Notes: generated by a model not told the origin, from the letters alone. 64,000 nucleotides of DNA from Cenarchaeum sp. (GCA_965206845.1 OZ242221.1:416001-480000), one strand, 5' to 3'; shown: positions 41,018-51,446, numbered from the stretch's first letter. Program-made: numbers and translations.

Positions 41018-42352
41018 TCAGCTGCCAAGGCCTATGGCTCTAAAGTTCATCTCCTGAAACTCTTTTGCATTCAAAACCCTTCTGGCATCTATGACGTTGC
41101 TGGTCTTCATCCGCCTTTGAAAATCCCGCGGTCTTAGGTCTTTGTACGCGTCCCAATCCGTCAAGACTATGCAGCAGTCAGAGCCCTCGAGGCACTTACC
41201 GACGGATGCGGAGTACGAGATCCTCGTGTCAAAGACTCGTTTAAAATTCTTCAACGCCATCGGGTCATGAACCCTGACCCTCAGTCCGTATTCAAGCAGC
41301 TTCTCCACCACTCTCACCGACACGGCCTCTCTTATGTCGTCGGTGTTCCTCTTGAATGCCACGCCTAGAACCGCGACTGTGTTGCCCTCTGCCAGGATAC
41401 CCTGATCCTCCATCATCTTTATTATATTCATGAACTGCCTGTCGTTTACATCCTTTACTGCCCTAAAGAGGTCAGGCGTCTTTCCAACCTCACGCGAGAG
41501 GTTTATCAGGCCCGTCAGATCCTTTGGCAGGCAGCTGCCCCCGAAACCCGGTCCTGCCTGCAGAAACAACGGACCTATGCGGGGATCCTTCCCGATCGCG
41601 CGCGCCACGGTGTCTACATCGGAGCCTGGAATTTCCTGGCAGAGCGCGGCCATTGAGTTGATAAAGCTGATCTTTGTCGCAAGAAACGCATTGTTTGCAT
41701 ACTTGATCAGTTCCGCAGTGGCAATACTGGTGTGCATGATCTCCGGCAGTGTCTCATAAAAATCCCTATAGTACCTCTCCAGGATCCGCGAACTCTGTCT
41801 TCTGTTGGAGCCTATCACGATCAAGTGCGGTTTTAGGAGGTCGGCTATAGCGAATCCCTCCCTCAAGAATTCGGGATTCACGACCACGTCCATCCTCCCC
41901 GCCCCAATCAGGTCTTTGAAGATTGGCAGGATGAGGTTTTCCGTGGTCATCGGGGGCAGGGTACTTTTTACTACCAGCAGGTGGAACGTCTCCTTGCCCT
42001 TCAAAGACAGGCAGATCCGTTCTGCGGCGTCTTTGACATGTGACAGATCTACCTCGTCACTGTTGTCCTTCTTCAGCGGCGTTCCGACGGCAAGAAATGT
42101 AATCTCCGAGTTTTGCAGGGCGTAGTCAAGATCGGCTGTAAAGCGGATCTTTTTTCTTCTCATCGAGTCCCTTAGCATCACGTTCATGTCTGGGTCAAAA
42201 AAATCCGGCCTGCACACTTTCAGGTTGTCTATCTTCTTACTGTCAATGTCGACACCGATCGTGTCAAACCCCGTTCTCGCGTTGACCGTGGCCAGCGACA
42301 GGCCCACAAAGCCCAACCCAATCACGGAGATCCTGGCCTTGCCCCTGTCCAT
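41018..42352 (-). CDS. ugd: UDP-glucose/GDP-mannose 6-dehydrogenase
   Basis: GLGFVG, VKST, NPEFLREG, KYANNAFLATKISFIN, GFGGSCLPKD. Confidence 0.9.
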   Translation of the reverse strand: MDRGKARISVIGLGFVGLSLATVNARTGFDTIGVDIDSKKIDNLKVCRPDFFDPDMNVMLRDSMRRKKIRFTADLDYALQNSEITFLAVGTPLKKDNSDEVDLSHVKDAAERICLSLKGKETFHLLVVKSTLPPMTTENLILPIFKDLIGAGRMDVVVNPEFLREGFAIADLLKPHLIVIGSNRRQSSRILERYYRDFYETLPEIMHTSIATAELIKYANNAFLATKISFINSMAALCQEIPGSDVDTVARAIGKDPRIGPLFLQAGPGFGGSCLPKDLTGLINLSREVGKTPDLFRAVKDVNDRQFMNIIKMMEDQGILAEGNTVAVLGVAFKRNTDDIREAVSVRVVEKLLEYGLRVRVHDPMALKNFKRVFDTRISYSASVGKCLEGSDCCIVLTDWDAYKDLRPRDFQRRMKTSNVIDARRVLNAKEFQEMNFRAIGLGS

Positions 42353-42728
42353 GGCTATCCTCCTCCCGTACGCCACGATCCCGCAAGAACGGGCCGGCCT
42401 TGCACGAAAAACCAGCGCAAGGACTCGTAGCCTGCCACGCGTTCTGTCGCGTGTATGATCCACCCAGCCGCGGTGCGGCCTGGCGCGGCGTAGCTGCATG
42501 CCATACAGTTGCATGCTTGCATGCATGCAGTTCCTGCGCTGCGTCTTTCTTGCAAGCCTTTGGCGTGTGGGTTTTCATGACGGCGCATTACGCCTGCCTC
42601 CGGGCATGCATGCCGTCTGCGATCCTGATCTGCCATCATCGCATCTGGTTCCTGCCTGCGCGGCAGAACCGACCCGGCAGCGCGTCTTACGTTCAGAAGA
42701 GCGGTCGTTGTCTTCCTCCTCCCCATCA

Positions 42729-43589
42729 TCATGCGCGTACATCACCGTCTGTGTTGCTCCTTGAGATATCAAACGAATCCCTGATGCATGCCACATAGCT
42801 CTCAGGCGTCCCCACGTCTATCCGTTTCTCTGTCGCCCCCAACTCCACCGCAACGCATTTGCCGTTTGCAGCCAACGACTCTATCGCGTCGGTGAGCTGG
42901 ATCTCCCCGTTCCTGCCGGGCTCGACCCTTTCCAATTCGCAAAAGATCGAGGGCTTGAAGATGTATGTTGCAATGACTGCCAGATTCGTCTTGGGCCGCC
43001 TTGGTTTCTCCTCCAAGTGTTCCACCCTGAAGAGCCCGTCACCGATGCTCCTCCCCTCGATGACCCCGTACTGTTCTGGTCTCTCCACCCTGTCGACCAA
43101 AAGCGCGATATCCGCCCCGTTTGAGAAGAACGCAGCTTCTAGCCTTTGGATGTGGCCGTTGTCCGGCGACAGGATTACGTCGTCTCCTGCGTGAAGCAGA
43201 AAACTGTCCTTTCCTGCAAAGATCTTTGCCTTCAGGACCGCGTCGCCAAAGCCACGCGGCGATGACTGCTGAACGTACATGATGTGGCTGGAGCGTATCT
43301 TTTTGTAAAAGTCCTGCAAGTCGCTGTTTGTCGAGTACTTGGCAGAATCGTCTATCAGGAAATAATCCTCGATGGATCTCTTGCCACGGCCCACGACGAA
43401 GCAGAATTTGCGATAACCGTGGTCGTGCAGGGACTCGTATACCACCTCAAGAATTGGCTTGAGGATGAGACGGCCGTCCTTGGCCCTTGCGCAGTACGGG
43501 AGCATCTCTTTTGGTGTTTCTTTACTAAACGGCAGGAGCCTGCTTCCACTTCCCGCCGCGGTAATTACCGCCTTTCTTATTTTTGGCAT
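42729..43589 (-). CDS. galU: UTP-glucose-1-phosphate uridylyltransferase-like nucleotidyltransferase
   Basis: AAGSGSRLLPFSKETPKEMLP, GFGDAV, EEKP, GEIQLTDAI. Confidence 0.85.
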   Translation of the reverse strand: MPKIRKAVITAAGSGSRLLPFSKETPKEMLPYCARAKDGRLILKPILEVVYESLHDHGYRKFCFVVGRGKRSIEDYFLIDDSAKYSTNSDLQDFYKKIRSSHIMYVQQSSPRGFGDAVLKAKIFAGKDSFLLHAGDDVILSPDNGHIQRLEAAFFSNGADIALLVDRVERPEQYGVIEGRSIGDGLFRVEHLEEKPRRPKTNLAVIATYIFKPSIFCELERVEPGRNGEIQLTDAIESLAANGKCVAVELGATEKRIDVGTPESYVACIRDSFDISRSNTDGDVRA

Positions 43590-43682
43590 AATTCTGGGTC
43601 TGCAGACCCCTTTAACATATTTTGTCTTTTGGAGCCTCTGCCCGGCAGGACAGCGCTTGGGGCACGGTGGGTGGCATGTGGA

Positions 43683-45185
43683 TCAACTCCCGGCATTCTT
43701 GCGGCGCGAGGCAATCTCCAATAGAACCATGCGGAACAGCTTCCTCGTCTTGCGGTCGATTGCATAGGTGATGCCAAGGTACGTAGCGCAGCAGATGGTC
43801 AGCTCTAACAGCAGGCCCGGCAGATATGAGTATATGCTGACATCGAAGATCACAACATGCTCGTTTGTGAGCATGAAGACCACTGCCATGCCGGCCCCTC
43901 CGGCTACGTGCCTCAGAACGTTCCCGTACGGCACCCGGAAGGGGACATGTTTCCTGGCAAGCACGATATGGTAAAACAAGAACGGCGCAGAGATTGCCAG
44001 CATTACTGACGACCATACCACGACCAGCTCTGGCTCCGGCAGATCCCTGAATGTGTACAGGGATGCGGCCAGCACCCCCAGGTAGACTGCATAGTACGCG
44101 TTCTCGACTGTCCCCACCAGGAAGAGCCTGCTCCTTAACAAAGCAGCCGCAGAAGGCTCCTCCACATCCACGTCGTCAGTGCCCGTCAGCACATGCTGTA
44201 AAAATTTCATGATTACTCGCAAGAACATGCCAAACGCCAACAGCACCCCCGCCATCCACGCCTCGGCATACTCTGGGTTGAGAAGAAACATCGCATGTCT
44301 GGAAAAGAGCGCTGCCAGTATCACAAGTGGGATGGCAAAGTACATCATCCACGTAAGGTTCTCCGTGATGTGGTCCCTGCCTCCCTCTGCCAGCAGCTTG
44401 GGGTACAGTGCCTGCGAGATCTGCCCGACGCGGCCCACCCTCTTGGCAACTACCAGTGCAGCGGCATAGTACGCGACCCCTACCACCGAGCCTGTAATCA
44501 CAGCATATATGATGATATCCAGCGCGCTCAGCACGCGTGGTACCCTCCCGTAGAGCGGCATCCAAGCCTGCTTTATCCATCCTTTCAGGTAGGCAAAGTC
44601 CGTCGGAACCGCCAAACGGGGACGTGCGTAACGCAGCTGGACTGCGATGTCGGCTAGATGGGCTGCAAAGACAGCAAGTATGGCACCGTCCAGCCCCAGC
44701 CCCAAGAAGAACACCAGCGCAAGCCCGGCAGGTATTTTGAGAAACTGAAAGGCGGCCATGCCTATGCTCACTGCATGCGGCTTGGATCCCAAGTTTATCG
44801 CGGAGAGGGTGCCTTGGACGAACAACACCGGGATCAGGATCGCTCCCAGGAGCATCGAGTCTAGGAACGCAGACTCGATGTTGGAAAACAGGTACACGGA
44901 CAGCACGTATATCGGAACGGAGCCACCGGCAAAGAACGAAGTGGATACCATGGACGTCTTTCCGACCGGCCTTCCCCTCGCAACTTGGCGCGTGGTCCAG
45001 TAGGATATTATGGGCCCGGTGGCAACAGAGTACGAGGTCATGCTACCTATGATTGCCCACATGCCGAACTCCTCTGGTTCCAGCTGCCTGGTTATTATGA
45101 TAATAAAGGCCAATCCTGCAAGCATGCCACCCAGGGACACGGCAAATCCAAGCAGTCCCGAGTAGGTAACCCGTATGTCGTCCAA
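43683..45185 (-). CDS. Wzx-like oligosaccharide flippase (polysaccharide biosynthesis protein)
   Basis: Many TM helices, TRQLEPEEFGMW N-terminal motif, VAYYAAA; glycan-locus context. Confidence 0.75.
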   Translation of the reverse strand: MDDIRVTYSGLLGFAVSLGGMLAGLAFIIIITRQLEPEEFGMWAIIGSMTSYSVATGPIISYWTTRQVARGRPVGKTSMVSTSFFAGGSVPIYVLSVYLFSNIESAFLDSMLLGAILIPVLFVQGTLSAINLGSKPHAVSIGMAAFQFLKIPAGLALVFFLGLGLDGAILAVFAAHLADIAVQLRYARPRLAVPTDFAYLKGWIKQAWMPLYGRVPRVLSALDIIIYAVITGSVVGVAYYAAALVVAKRVGRVGQISQALYPKLLAEGGRDHITENLTWMMYFAIPLVILAALFSRHAMFLLNPEYAEAWMAGVLLAFGMFLRVIMKFLQHVLTGTDDVDVEEPSAAALLRSRLFLVGTVENAYYAVYLGVLAASLYTFRDLPEPELVVVWSSVMLAISAPFLFYHIVLARKHVPFRVPYGNVLRHVAGGAGMAVVFMLTNEHVVIFDVSIYSYLPGLLLELTICCATYLGITYAIDRKTRKLFRMVLLEIASRRKNAGS

Positions 45186-45213
45186 TTTTTTTCTATCGGT
45201 ACCGCGCCATTAA

Positions 45214-46100
45214 TAGAACTTGTGCATAATCCCCCACAATATTTGAGATTTGAGCCAGCATGCGAGATGCACAGGCCAGAGACGACCATCCACGGCTGGC
45301 CGGCACGTGCGATGGAGCGCGGCCCCGGCGTCCTGCCCGGCAGGAAGGCCCCGGGCCGCCGAACCCTGCTGGACGAGCCGTCCCGGTGGTGGCTCTCGGA
45401 GCTGCCGGGCCGCGGTCCCCGGGAGTGCGGATTCCGGGCAGGATCCTGGCAGTCAGGGACCACTCTGGAGCTGATCCGCAGGAAGTTTGGGATATCATGC
45501 GGCCCGCGCACGCTGCGGGGGATGCTGCACAAGGTCAGGTTCCCGTACAGGAAGCCCGAACCCGTCCCGTACAACTCCGCCCCGGGGGTCGAGCAGGTGG
45601 AGTCCAAGAGGCGCACATCTGTCGAAGCGGGCAGGCTGGCAGGGCACGGATATGCCGTGTTCAGCGGGAATGAGGCGCTCCGGCGGCTGTCCGCGGCGGC
45701 CAGCTACGGGTGGTTTCCCACCAGCGGAAACGAGACAGTCCCGACGGGATTCTCAACTCGGTGCGTCAGGATGTTCGGGATCCTAGGAAAGGACGGGCAC
45801 CACGTGCGGACAGCCGAGGCCACGAATTCGCGCACGTCCGTGAACTTTCTAAAGTGGATGCGCCTGAAATACCCGAAATCCGCGCTCGTCCTGGACAACG
45901 CCTCGTGCCACAAGTCGGGAACGGTCATGGACTATCCGGCGCATGTCAACGGGGGCATCCGCCTGGCATTCCTGCCCCCCGCACGTGCCGCAGCCCAACC
46001 CAACCGAGATGCTCTGGGGGGATCAAGCGGCCGCTGTCCTGCCGGTGCTTTGAGTCGGAGGAGGAACTGGAGGGGCCATAACGGAGACAGTCGGTGGCGG
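45214..46100 (+). pseudogene. Degenerate IS630-family transposase
   Basis: PGRRTLL, LIRRKFGISC, VLDNASCHKS, FLPP followed by a frameshift. Confidence 0.7.
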
Positions 46101-46452
46101 CGGGCTGAAGGCCGCCAAAACGACGGATTGCTTGGTTGCCCGAGATACTGCCTGCGGTAGGCTGCCAGGATGTTTCCGGGGGATATCCGCGCCGCAGTAC
46201 GATGCCGGCTTGCAATCCTTCAACCGCTGTCGCCTTGTCTTCATCCGAAACAAGTCGCCGCGACGCCGGACTTCTTTGGCAATGCCAGATAGCTGCCGCA
46301 CTTTGCCAGGATGTCAGATCTTTATGGCCTTCGCTGCGCTCTCTTCCCTGATCTTTGTCCTTCGGTTACACAGAGCCCGGCATTACGTCCATCGGCTGGT
46401 AGGCCAGGTACGAGTTAGGTGGAGCGCGAACGCTTACGAAACGTGGATGCGT

Positions 46453-46483
46453 GTACGAATCAGATGTCTATTCAGTTTAAATT
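46453..46483 (+). promoter_or_regulatory. Putative TATA box (TTTAAATT, 46476) with upstream LysM-like half-site
   Basis: TATA 26-33 nt before the argC ATG; GTACGAAT at 46453. Confidence 0.4.
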
Positions 46484-46508
46484 ATACCACGCCAAAGTCC
46501 ATCACGAT

Positions 46509-47555
46509 ATGAGAATAGGAATCGTCGGGGCGTCAGGATATGTGGGCGGAGAGGTGCTGCGCCTGCTGGTAAACCACCCCGAGATCGAGATCACCATGGT
46601 CACCTCCAGGGTACATGTGGGGGAGTACCTTCACAGGGTCCAGCCCAGCCTGAAGGGGTTCACGAACATGGTCTTCTCAGAGCCCAACTACGACAAGATG
46701 GCAGAGGAGTGCGACCTTGTATTTACCGCGGTGCCGCACGGGACCGCCACCGAGATCGTCAAGGCGCTGTACGACCGGGAGGTCAAGGTCATAGACCTGA
46801 GCGCGGACTATAGGCTGCACAACCCCGGGGACTATGACAAGTGGTACGGGTGGCGGCACCCGCATGCGGACTATCTTCCCAAGTCCGTCTTTGGCATTCC
46901 GGAGCTGCACCGCGAGGAGATCAAGGACGCCCGCCTCGTCTCGTGCCCCGGATGCATGGCAGTCACCTCCATTCTCGCGCTCGCCCCGCTGATCCGGCAC
47001 GACCTGATCGACACCGAGCACATCGTGGTGGACTCAAAAATCGGCTCGTCCGGAGCAGGCGGCGGCCAAGGCACCGCGCATGCAATGAGGGCCGGCGTGA
47101 TCAGGCCCTACAAGCCGGCAGGGCACAGGCACACCGGCGAGATCGAGCAGGAGCTCAGCGAGATAGCAAAAAAGAAGATCAGCGTCTCCATGAGCCCGCA
47201 CGCAGTGGATGTAGTCCGCGGCATACTGTGCACGAACCACACGTTCATGAAGGAGGCGGTCAGCGAGAGGGACCTCTGGAAGATCTACCGCCAGGCGTAC
47301 GGCCAGGAGAAGTTTGTCAGGCTGATCCGCGACAAGAAGGGGCTCTACAAGTACCCCGACCCCAAGTTCCTTGTGGGATCCAACTTTTGCGACATCGGCT
47401 TTGAGCTGGACGAGGACAACAACAGGCTGATCGCCATGTCGGCCTCGGACAACCTCATGAAGGGCGCCGCGGGATCCGCCGTCCACAACATGAACATAAT
47501 GTGCGGCTTTGACGAGACGGCCGGACTGATGTACACCCCGCTTACCCCGGTATAG
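46509..47555 (+). CDS. argC: [LysW]-aminoadipate/glutamate phosphate reductase (ArgC/LysY)
   Basis: GASGYVG, IDLSADYRL, SCPGC, DNLMKGAAG. Confidence 0.93.
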   Translation: MRIGIVGASGYVGGEVLRLLVNHPEIEITMVTSRVHVGEYLHRVQPSLKGFTNMVFSEPNYDKMAEECDLVFTAVPHGTATEIVKALYDREVKVIDLSADYRLHNPGDYDKWYGWRHPHADYLPKSVFGIPELHREEIKDARLVSCPGCMAVTSILALAPLIRHDLIDTEHIVVDSKIGSSGAGGGQGTAHAMRAGVIRPYKPAGHRHTGEIEQELSEIAKKKISVSMSPHAVDVVRGILCTNHTFMKEAVSERDLWKIYRQAYGQEKFVRLIRDKKGLYKYPDPKFLVGSNFCDIGFELDEDNNRLIAMSASDNLMKGAAGSAVHNMNIMCGFDETAGLMYTPLTPV

Positions 47556-47601
47556 GCATGGTTGCAATGCGCATACACAAGACTCCCGGGGAAGTGCACG
47601 C

Positions 47602-48408
47602 ATGGACATGATCACAATCAAGATCGGCGGCAGCGTGGTGGACAACCTGCACCCGTCGTTCATGTCTGACCTCAAAAAGATATCAGGCGACGGGCTGATA
47701 CTTGTCCACGGCGGCGGCAAGGAGGTCACCCGGGTCTCGTCACAGCTGGGACGAGAGCCCAAGTTCGTCACGTCGCCCAGCGGAATCAGGAGCCGGTACA
47801 CCGACCTGGAGACCGCGGAGATATTTACCATGGTGATGTCGGGGCGCATCAACAAGGGCATAGTCCGCATGCTGCAGGAGAACGGGATCAACGCGGTGGG
47901 ACTGTCGGGGGTGGACGCCAAGACAATCCAGGCGCAGAGAAAGAAGAGGCTCCTGATCGTCAACGAGCGGGGGCGCAAGCAGGCCATCGACGGGGGCTAC
48001 ACCGGCAAGATCACGCAGGTAAACGCAGAGTTCATCCGGTCCCTGCTGGGGATGGGCCTGACCCCGGTGATATCGCCCATTGCAATATCCGAGGAGTCGG
48101 AGTTTCTCAACGTGGACGGCGACAGGGCCGCAGCATACGTGGCAGGCAGCGTAAAGGCCGACAGGGTGCTCTTCATCACAGATGTGGACGGCCTCATGAT
48201 GGACGACCGGCTGGTCACGGATCTCTCCCTGGCACGGGCAAAGGAGATCAGGCCCAAGATCGGCCCCGGCATGGAGAAGAAGGTTCTTGCGGCAACAGAG
48301 GCCCTGGACATGGGGGTCACAGAGGCGATAATAGCAAACGGCCAGAGGGCAAACCCCATATCGTCTGCCATTGCGCACGACACATGCACGGTGATCAAGA
48401 ATGAGTGA
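47602..48408 (+). CDS. lysZ: [LysW]-aminoadipate/glutamate kinase
   Basis: IKIGGS, VHGGG, SPSGIRSRYTD, LNVDGDRAA. Confidence 0.92.
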   Translation: MDMITIKIGGSVVDNLHPSFMSDLKKISGDGLILVHGGGKEVTRVSSQLGREPKFVTSPSGIRSRYTDLETAEIFTMVMSGRINKGIVRMLQENGINAVGLSGVDAKTIQAQRKKRLLIVNERGRKQAIDGGYTGKITQVNAEFIRSLLGMGLTPVISPIAISEESEFLNVDGDRAAAYVAGSVKADRVLFITDVDGLMMDDRLVTDLSLARAKEIRPKIGPGMEKKVLAATEALDMGVTEAIIANGQRANPISSAIAHDTCTVIKNE

Positions 48409-49588
48409 AGACCGGATCATGGGAAGGCTCTACCAGAGGTTTCCGGTGACGATCCAGAGGGGATCGGGGGCGCGCGTCTGGGACACCGACGGGCGCGAGT
48501 ACATCGACTGCATGGGCGGCTACGGCGTCGCCCTGGTGGGGCATGCAAACCCCCGGGTGGTCAGGGCCATAAAGGAGCAGGCAGAGCAGATCATCACGGT
48601 CCACAGCTCCCTCTACAGCAAGACCCGTGAGAGGTTCCTGGAGACGCTGGCGGGACTCGCGCCTGACGGGCTCTCGCAGATACACATGTCCAACAGCGGC
48701 GCCGAGGCCATTGAGGCTGCCATCAAGTTTGCAAGAAAGTTTACCGGGAAGAAGGGCATGATCGCCATGCGGGGCTCGTATCACGGCAAGTCCATGGGGG
48801 CGCTGTCGCTCACGTTCAACCCAAGGTACCGAAAGGCGTTTCAGCCCCTGGTGGACAGGGTGGACTTTACGCCATTTGGGGACGCCGGCGCCCTGAGGGA
48901 TACCATAACTGAGGAGACCGGCTTTGTGATTGTGGAGCCCATACAGGGTGAGAGCGGCATACACGTTGCGCCCCCGGGATTTTTACGGGAGGTCAGGGAG
49001 ATCTGCGACGAGCGCGGCATACTGCTGGTGTCAGACGAGATCCAGTCCGGCTTGGGAAGAACGGGGCGCATGTGGGCAGCAGACAACTGGGACGTGACGC
49101 CGGACATAATGTGCCTGGCAAAGGGGATCGCCGGCGGCGTTCCCATGGGAGCCACGCTGGCAAGGCCCGAGATACTGGACAGCATGGGCAGGGGGGAGCA
49201 CTCGTCCACGTTTGGCGGAAACCCGCTGTCGTGCGCAGCAGGCACCGCGGCGCTGCAGTGCCTGGTGCAGGACGGCCTTGTGCAGAACGCCCGCACCGTG
49301 GGCGAGGTGTTCATCCGCGGGCTGAACCGGCTAAAGGAGAGGCACCCCATAGTGCGGGAGGTGCGCGGCATGGGGCTCATGATCGGGATGGAGCTGAGGT
49401 TTGAGGTCCGGGACATAATCATGGAGGGGATAAAAAAGAACATCCTGCTGCTGTACTCGGGCAGGAACATACTGAGGTTCCTCCCCCCGCTGGTCATAAC
49501 GGAGCAGGAAATAACAAAGGTTTTAGGCATACTGGACGTACTGCTTTCCGAGGAGGAGGAGAGAAGGGGTGCCAACAGACGGAACTGA
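48401..49588 (+). CDS. lysJ: [LysW]-semialdehyde aminotransferase (LysJ/ArgD)
   Basis: NSGAEAIE, VEPIQGESG, DEIQSGLGRTG, LAKGIAGG, HSSTFGGNP. Confidence 0.92.
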   Translation: MSEDRIMGRLYQRFPVTIQRGSGARVWDTDGREYIDCMGGYGVALVGHANPRVVRAIKEQAEQIITVHSSLYSKTRERFLETLAGLAPDGLSQIHMSNSGAEAIEAAIKFARKFTGKKGMIAMRGSYHGKSMGALSLTFNPRYRKAFQPLVDRVDFTPFGDAGALRDTITEETGFVIVEPIQGESGIHVAPPGFLREVREICDERGILLVSDEIQSGLGRTGRMWAADNWDVTPDIMCLAKGIAGGVPMGATLARPEILDSMGRGEHSSTFGGNPLSCAAGTAALQCLVQDGLVQNARTVGEVFIRGLNRLKERHPIVREVRGMGLMIGMELRFEVRDIIMEGIKKNILLLYSGRNILRFLPPLVITEQEITKVLGILDVLLSEEEERRGANRRN

Positions 49589-50054
49589 CGGGGCCGGCAG
49601 CCTTGGGCGCCTTAGGGAGGCAGTCAACTCCTACGGGTCGCCAGACAAGACCGACGAGAAGATCCTGAGGATACTCAGGGACAACGCGCGGGAGTCGTTT
49701 GTGGACATTGCCAAGAGTATAGGCCTCAAGGAGGCATCTGTCAGGCGGCGCGTGCGGAACATGAAGAGGAACGGAATCATAAGAAGATTCACGGTGGAGA
49801 TGGGCGAGGGCAACGTCACCCAGGCGATAGTCCTGATATCGATCGAGTCGGCCATGGAGACCTCCGGGGTGTCTGGCAACCTGATCGCGGTGCCGGGAGT
49901 CAGGATAGTCTACGAGATCACCGGACAGTACGACATCACAACCGTGATCAGCGGCCGCAACATAGCGGAGATAAACAGCACCATAGACGCCGTAAGAAAG
50001 ATTCCCGGGGTGACTGACACCAACTCGGTGATCATCCTGCGCACGTACTCGTAG
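49569..50054 (+). CDS. lysM: Lrp/AsnC-family regulator LysM
   Basis: HTH DEKILRILRDNAR...VRRRV; RAM domain YEITGQYD; lys-cluster context. Confidence 0.85.
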   Translation: MPTDGTDGAGSLGRLREAVNSYGSPDKTDEKILRILRDNARESFVDIAKSIGLKEASVRRRVRNMKRNGIIRRFTVEMGEGNVTQAIVLISIESAMETSGVSGNLIAVPGVRIVYEITGQYDITTVISGRNIAEINSTIDAVRKIPGVTDTNSVIILRTYS

Positions 50055-50284
50055 CGGTTCGTTCCCGGAGTCCGGCATCAGCTCGCCAGTCACACCACAT
50101 AGCGCAAGTTTCGGATCAGTGTATCGGTTGAAGGGTTATTTTACGTTATGAGACCTGACTGGAGCTATCGGCTCCGTCTGCGAACCTTCCTGCATGAGCA
50201 GTCTCTACCCCTTATTTGAGAGCGAGTCTGCGCCGAATGTGGGGTATTGCTCTAGGTGCGATGCCCAAGTATGCGAGAAGGTGA

Positions 50285-50352
50285 TTTTTGAGCGCGTCAA
50301 AGTCTTACGGTCTGCTTACATCCTGCACGAATTTTCGCGTGTTGTTATAGTC
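50285..50352. repeat. 68-bp dispersed repeat, copy 2
   Basis: 63/68 identical to 27260-27327. Confidence 0.85.
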
Positions 50353-50420
50353 TCCTGAATAATTACACGTGTCAAGATCTGCAACAAGTGCGGCAGTCAT
50401 CGCTATCGGAAATCTGGCGT

Positions 50421-51446
50421 TCACCTTCTCTTTTTGTAAGCGACAAATACTAGGGCAACTCCTCCAGCAATTACAAGCGGAACAATCACGTATAACATTC
50501 CCTGTGGTTCGGGGAAAGTTGCAGGGTCGGCGATGCCTGCTGTTTGTCTGGGTTTGCATAGATCGGGCAATACCGCAGTTGCGTTTTCTGCACTGCACAT
50601 TATTTCCAAGCTGTCTCTGTGCACATCAAGCTCCCCTGTCGTTTTGTCGACTAACCGCTGGTCATATACAAAAAAACAGTTCCCAAAGTGCGGGCTGTTT
50701 AGTATGCTGATTACGGCCTTGTGTTGCTGACTTTCAACTACTACCGTGCCGGTTTGGGGATTCGTTGACAGCGTTACGCCTGTGGTAATCGTGTAATCTG
50801 AGCTGTTCTGCCTTAGCTTGTTAAATACATAGACATCGTCTGCAAATAATTTTTCAGCCTGCCTTACATCGGCCTCAAAATCACACGAGTAGATGTAGTC
50901 ATCTTTTTCGTTTATCAGGCTGTTTAGAAAATTGTTTCCGCGGTTGATTTTAGTGTATAGGTCCATCTTAGATGCCAATTCTTCCATCTCAAAGTCTGAA
51001 GCTACGTCATAGAGCCAAGATACGTGATAGCCTGTCGCCTTGCCTTCGCCATAGTCGTCTAGGAACTTTACAATCCCTTTTGTTGCGATATAGTCGCCGA
51101 CGCAGAGCTCTCTGTAGTAGTGATCATATCTCCTGTCCGCAAACAAGACGTATTCTTCACCTTCCAGATAGTAGTCATCCCAGTACAGGTCGGCCTTTAC
51201 GGTAAACTCGTCATGATGTTCTCCCTTGTAGACTTTGATTGTCTCAAAGACCAGGGTGGTCGTCTTTGCGGCTAATGGAGGGGCGCTTTTATCAATCAAT
51301 TTTCCATGCAACAGAAGATCATGTCTTTCGTACGCCTCTTCAAATGGCGGAATACCGCAAGACAGGGCAAAGGTTGGGTCTGGCGTAACCAGGGCAATGC
51401 TGGCAACTAAAAAAATCACAAAACACCCCATAATACGATTAAGCAT
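50421..51446 (-). CDS. Secreted membrane-anchored protein with N-terminal TIMP/NTR-like domain
   Basis: Signal peptide, then ALSCGIPPFEEAY...LLHGK...VFETIKVYKG...GEEYVLFA...C; C-terminal PEP + TM + KKRR. Confidence 0.65.
   Translation of the reverse strand: MLNRIMGCFVIFLVASIALVTPDPTFALSCGIPPFEEAYERHDLLLHGKLIDKSAPPLAAKTTTLVFETIKVYKGEHHDEFTVKADLYWDDYYLEGEEYVLFADRRYDHYYRELCVGDYIATKGIVKFLDDYGEGKATGYHVSWLYDVASDFEMEELASKMDLYTKINRGNNFLNSLINEKDDYIYSCDFEADVRQAEKLFADDVYVFNKLRQNSSDYTITTGVTLSTNPQTGTVVVESQQHKAVISILNSPHFGNCFFVYDQRLVDKTTGELDVHRDSLEIMCSAENATAVLPDLCKPRQTAGIADPATFPEPQGMLYVIVPLVIAGGVALVFVAYKKRR

Noticed and set aside
50055-50284. tRNA or att site at the island boundary
   Set aside because: No cloverleaf, no integrase, and no matching direct repeat found at the other end.
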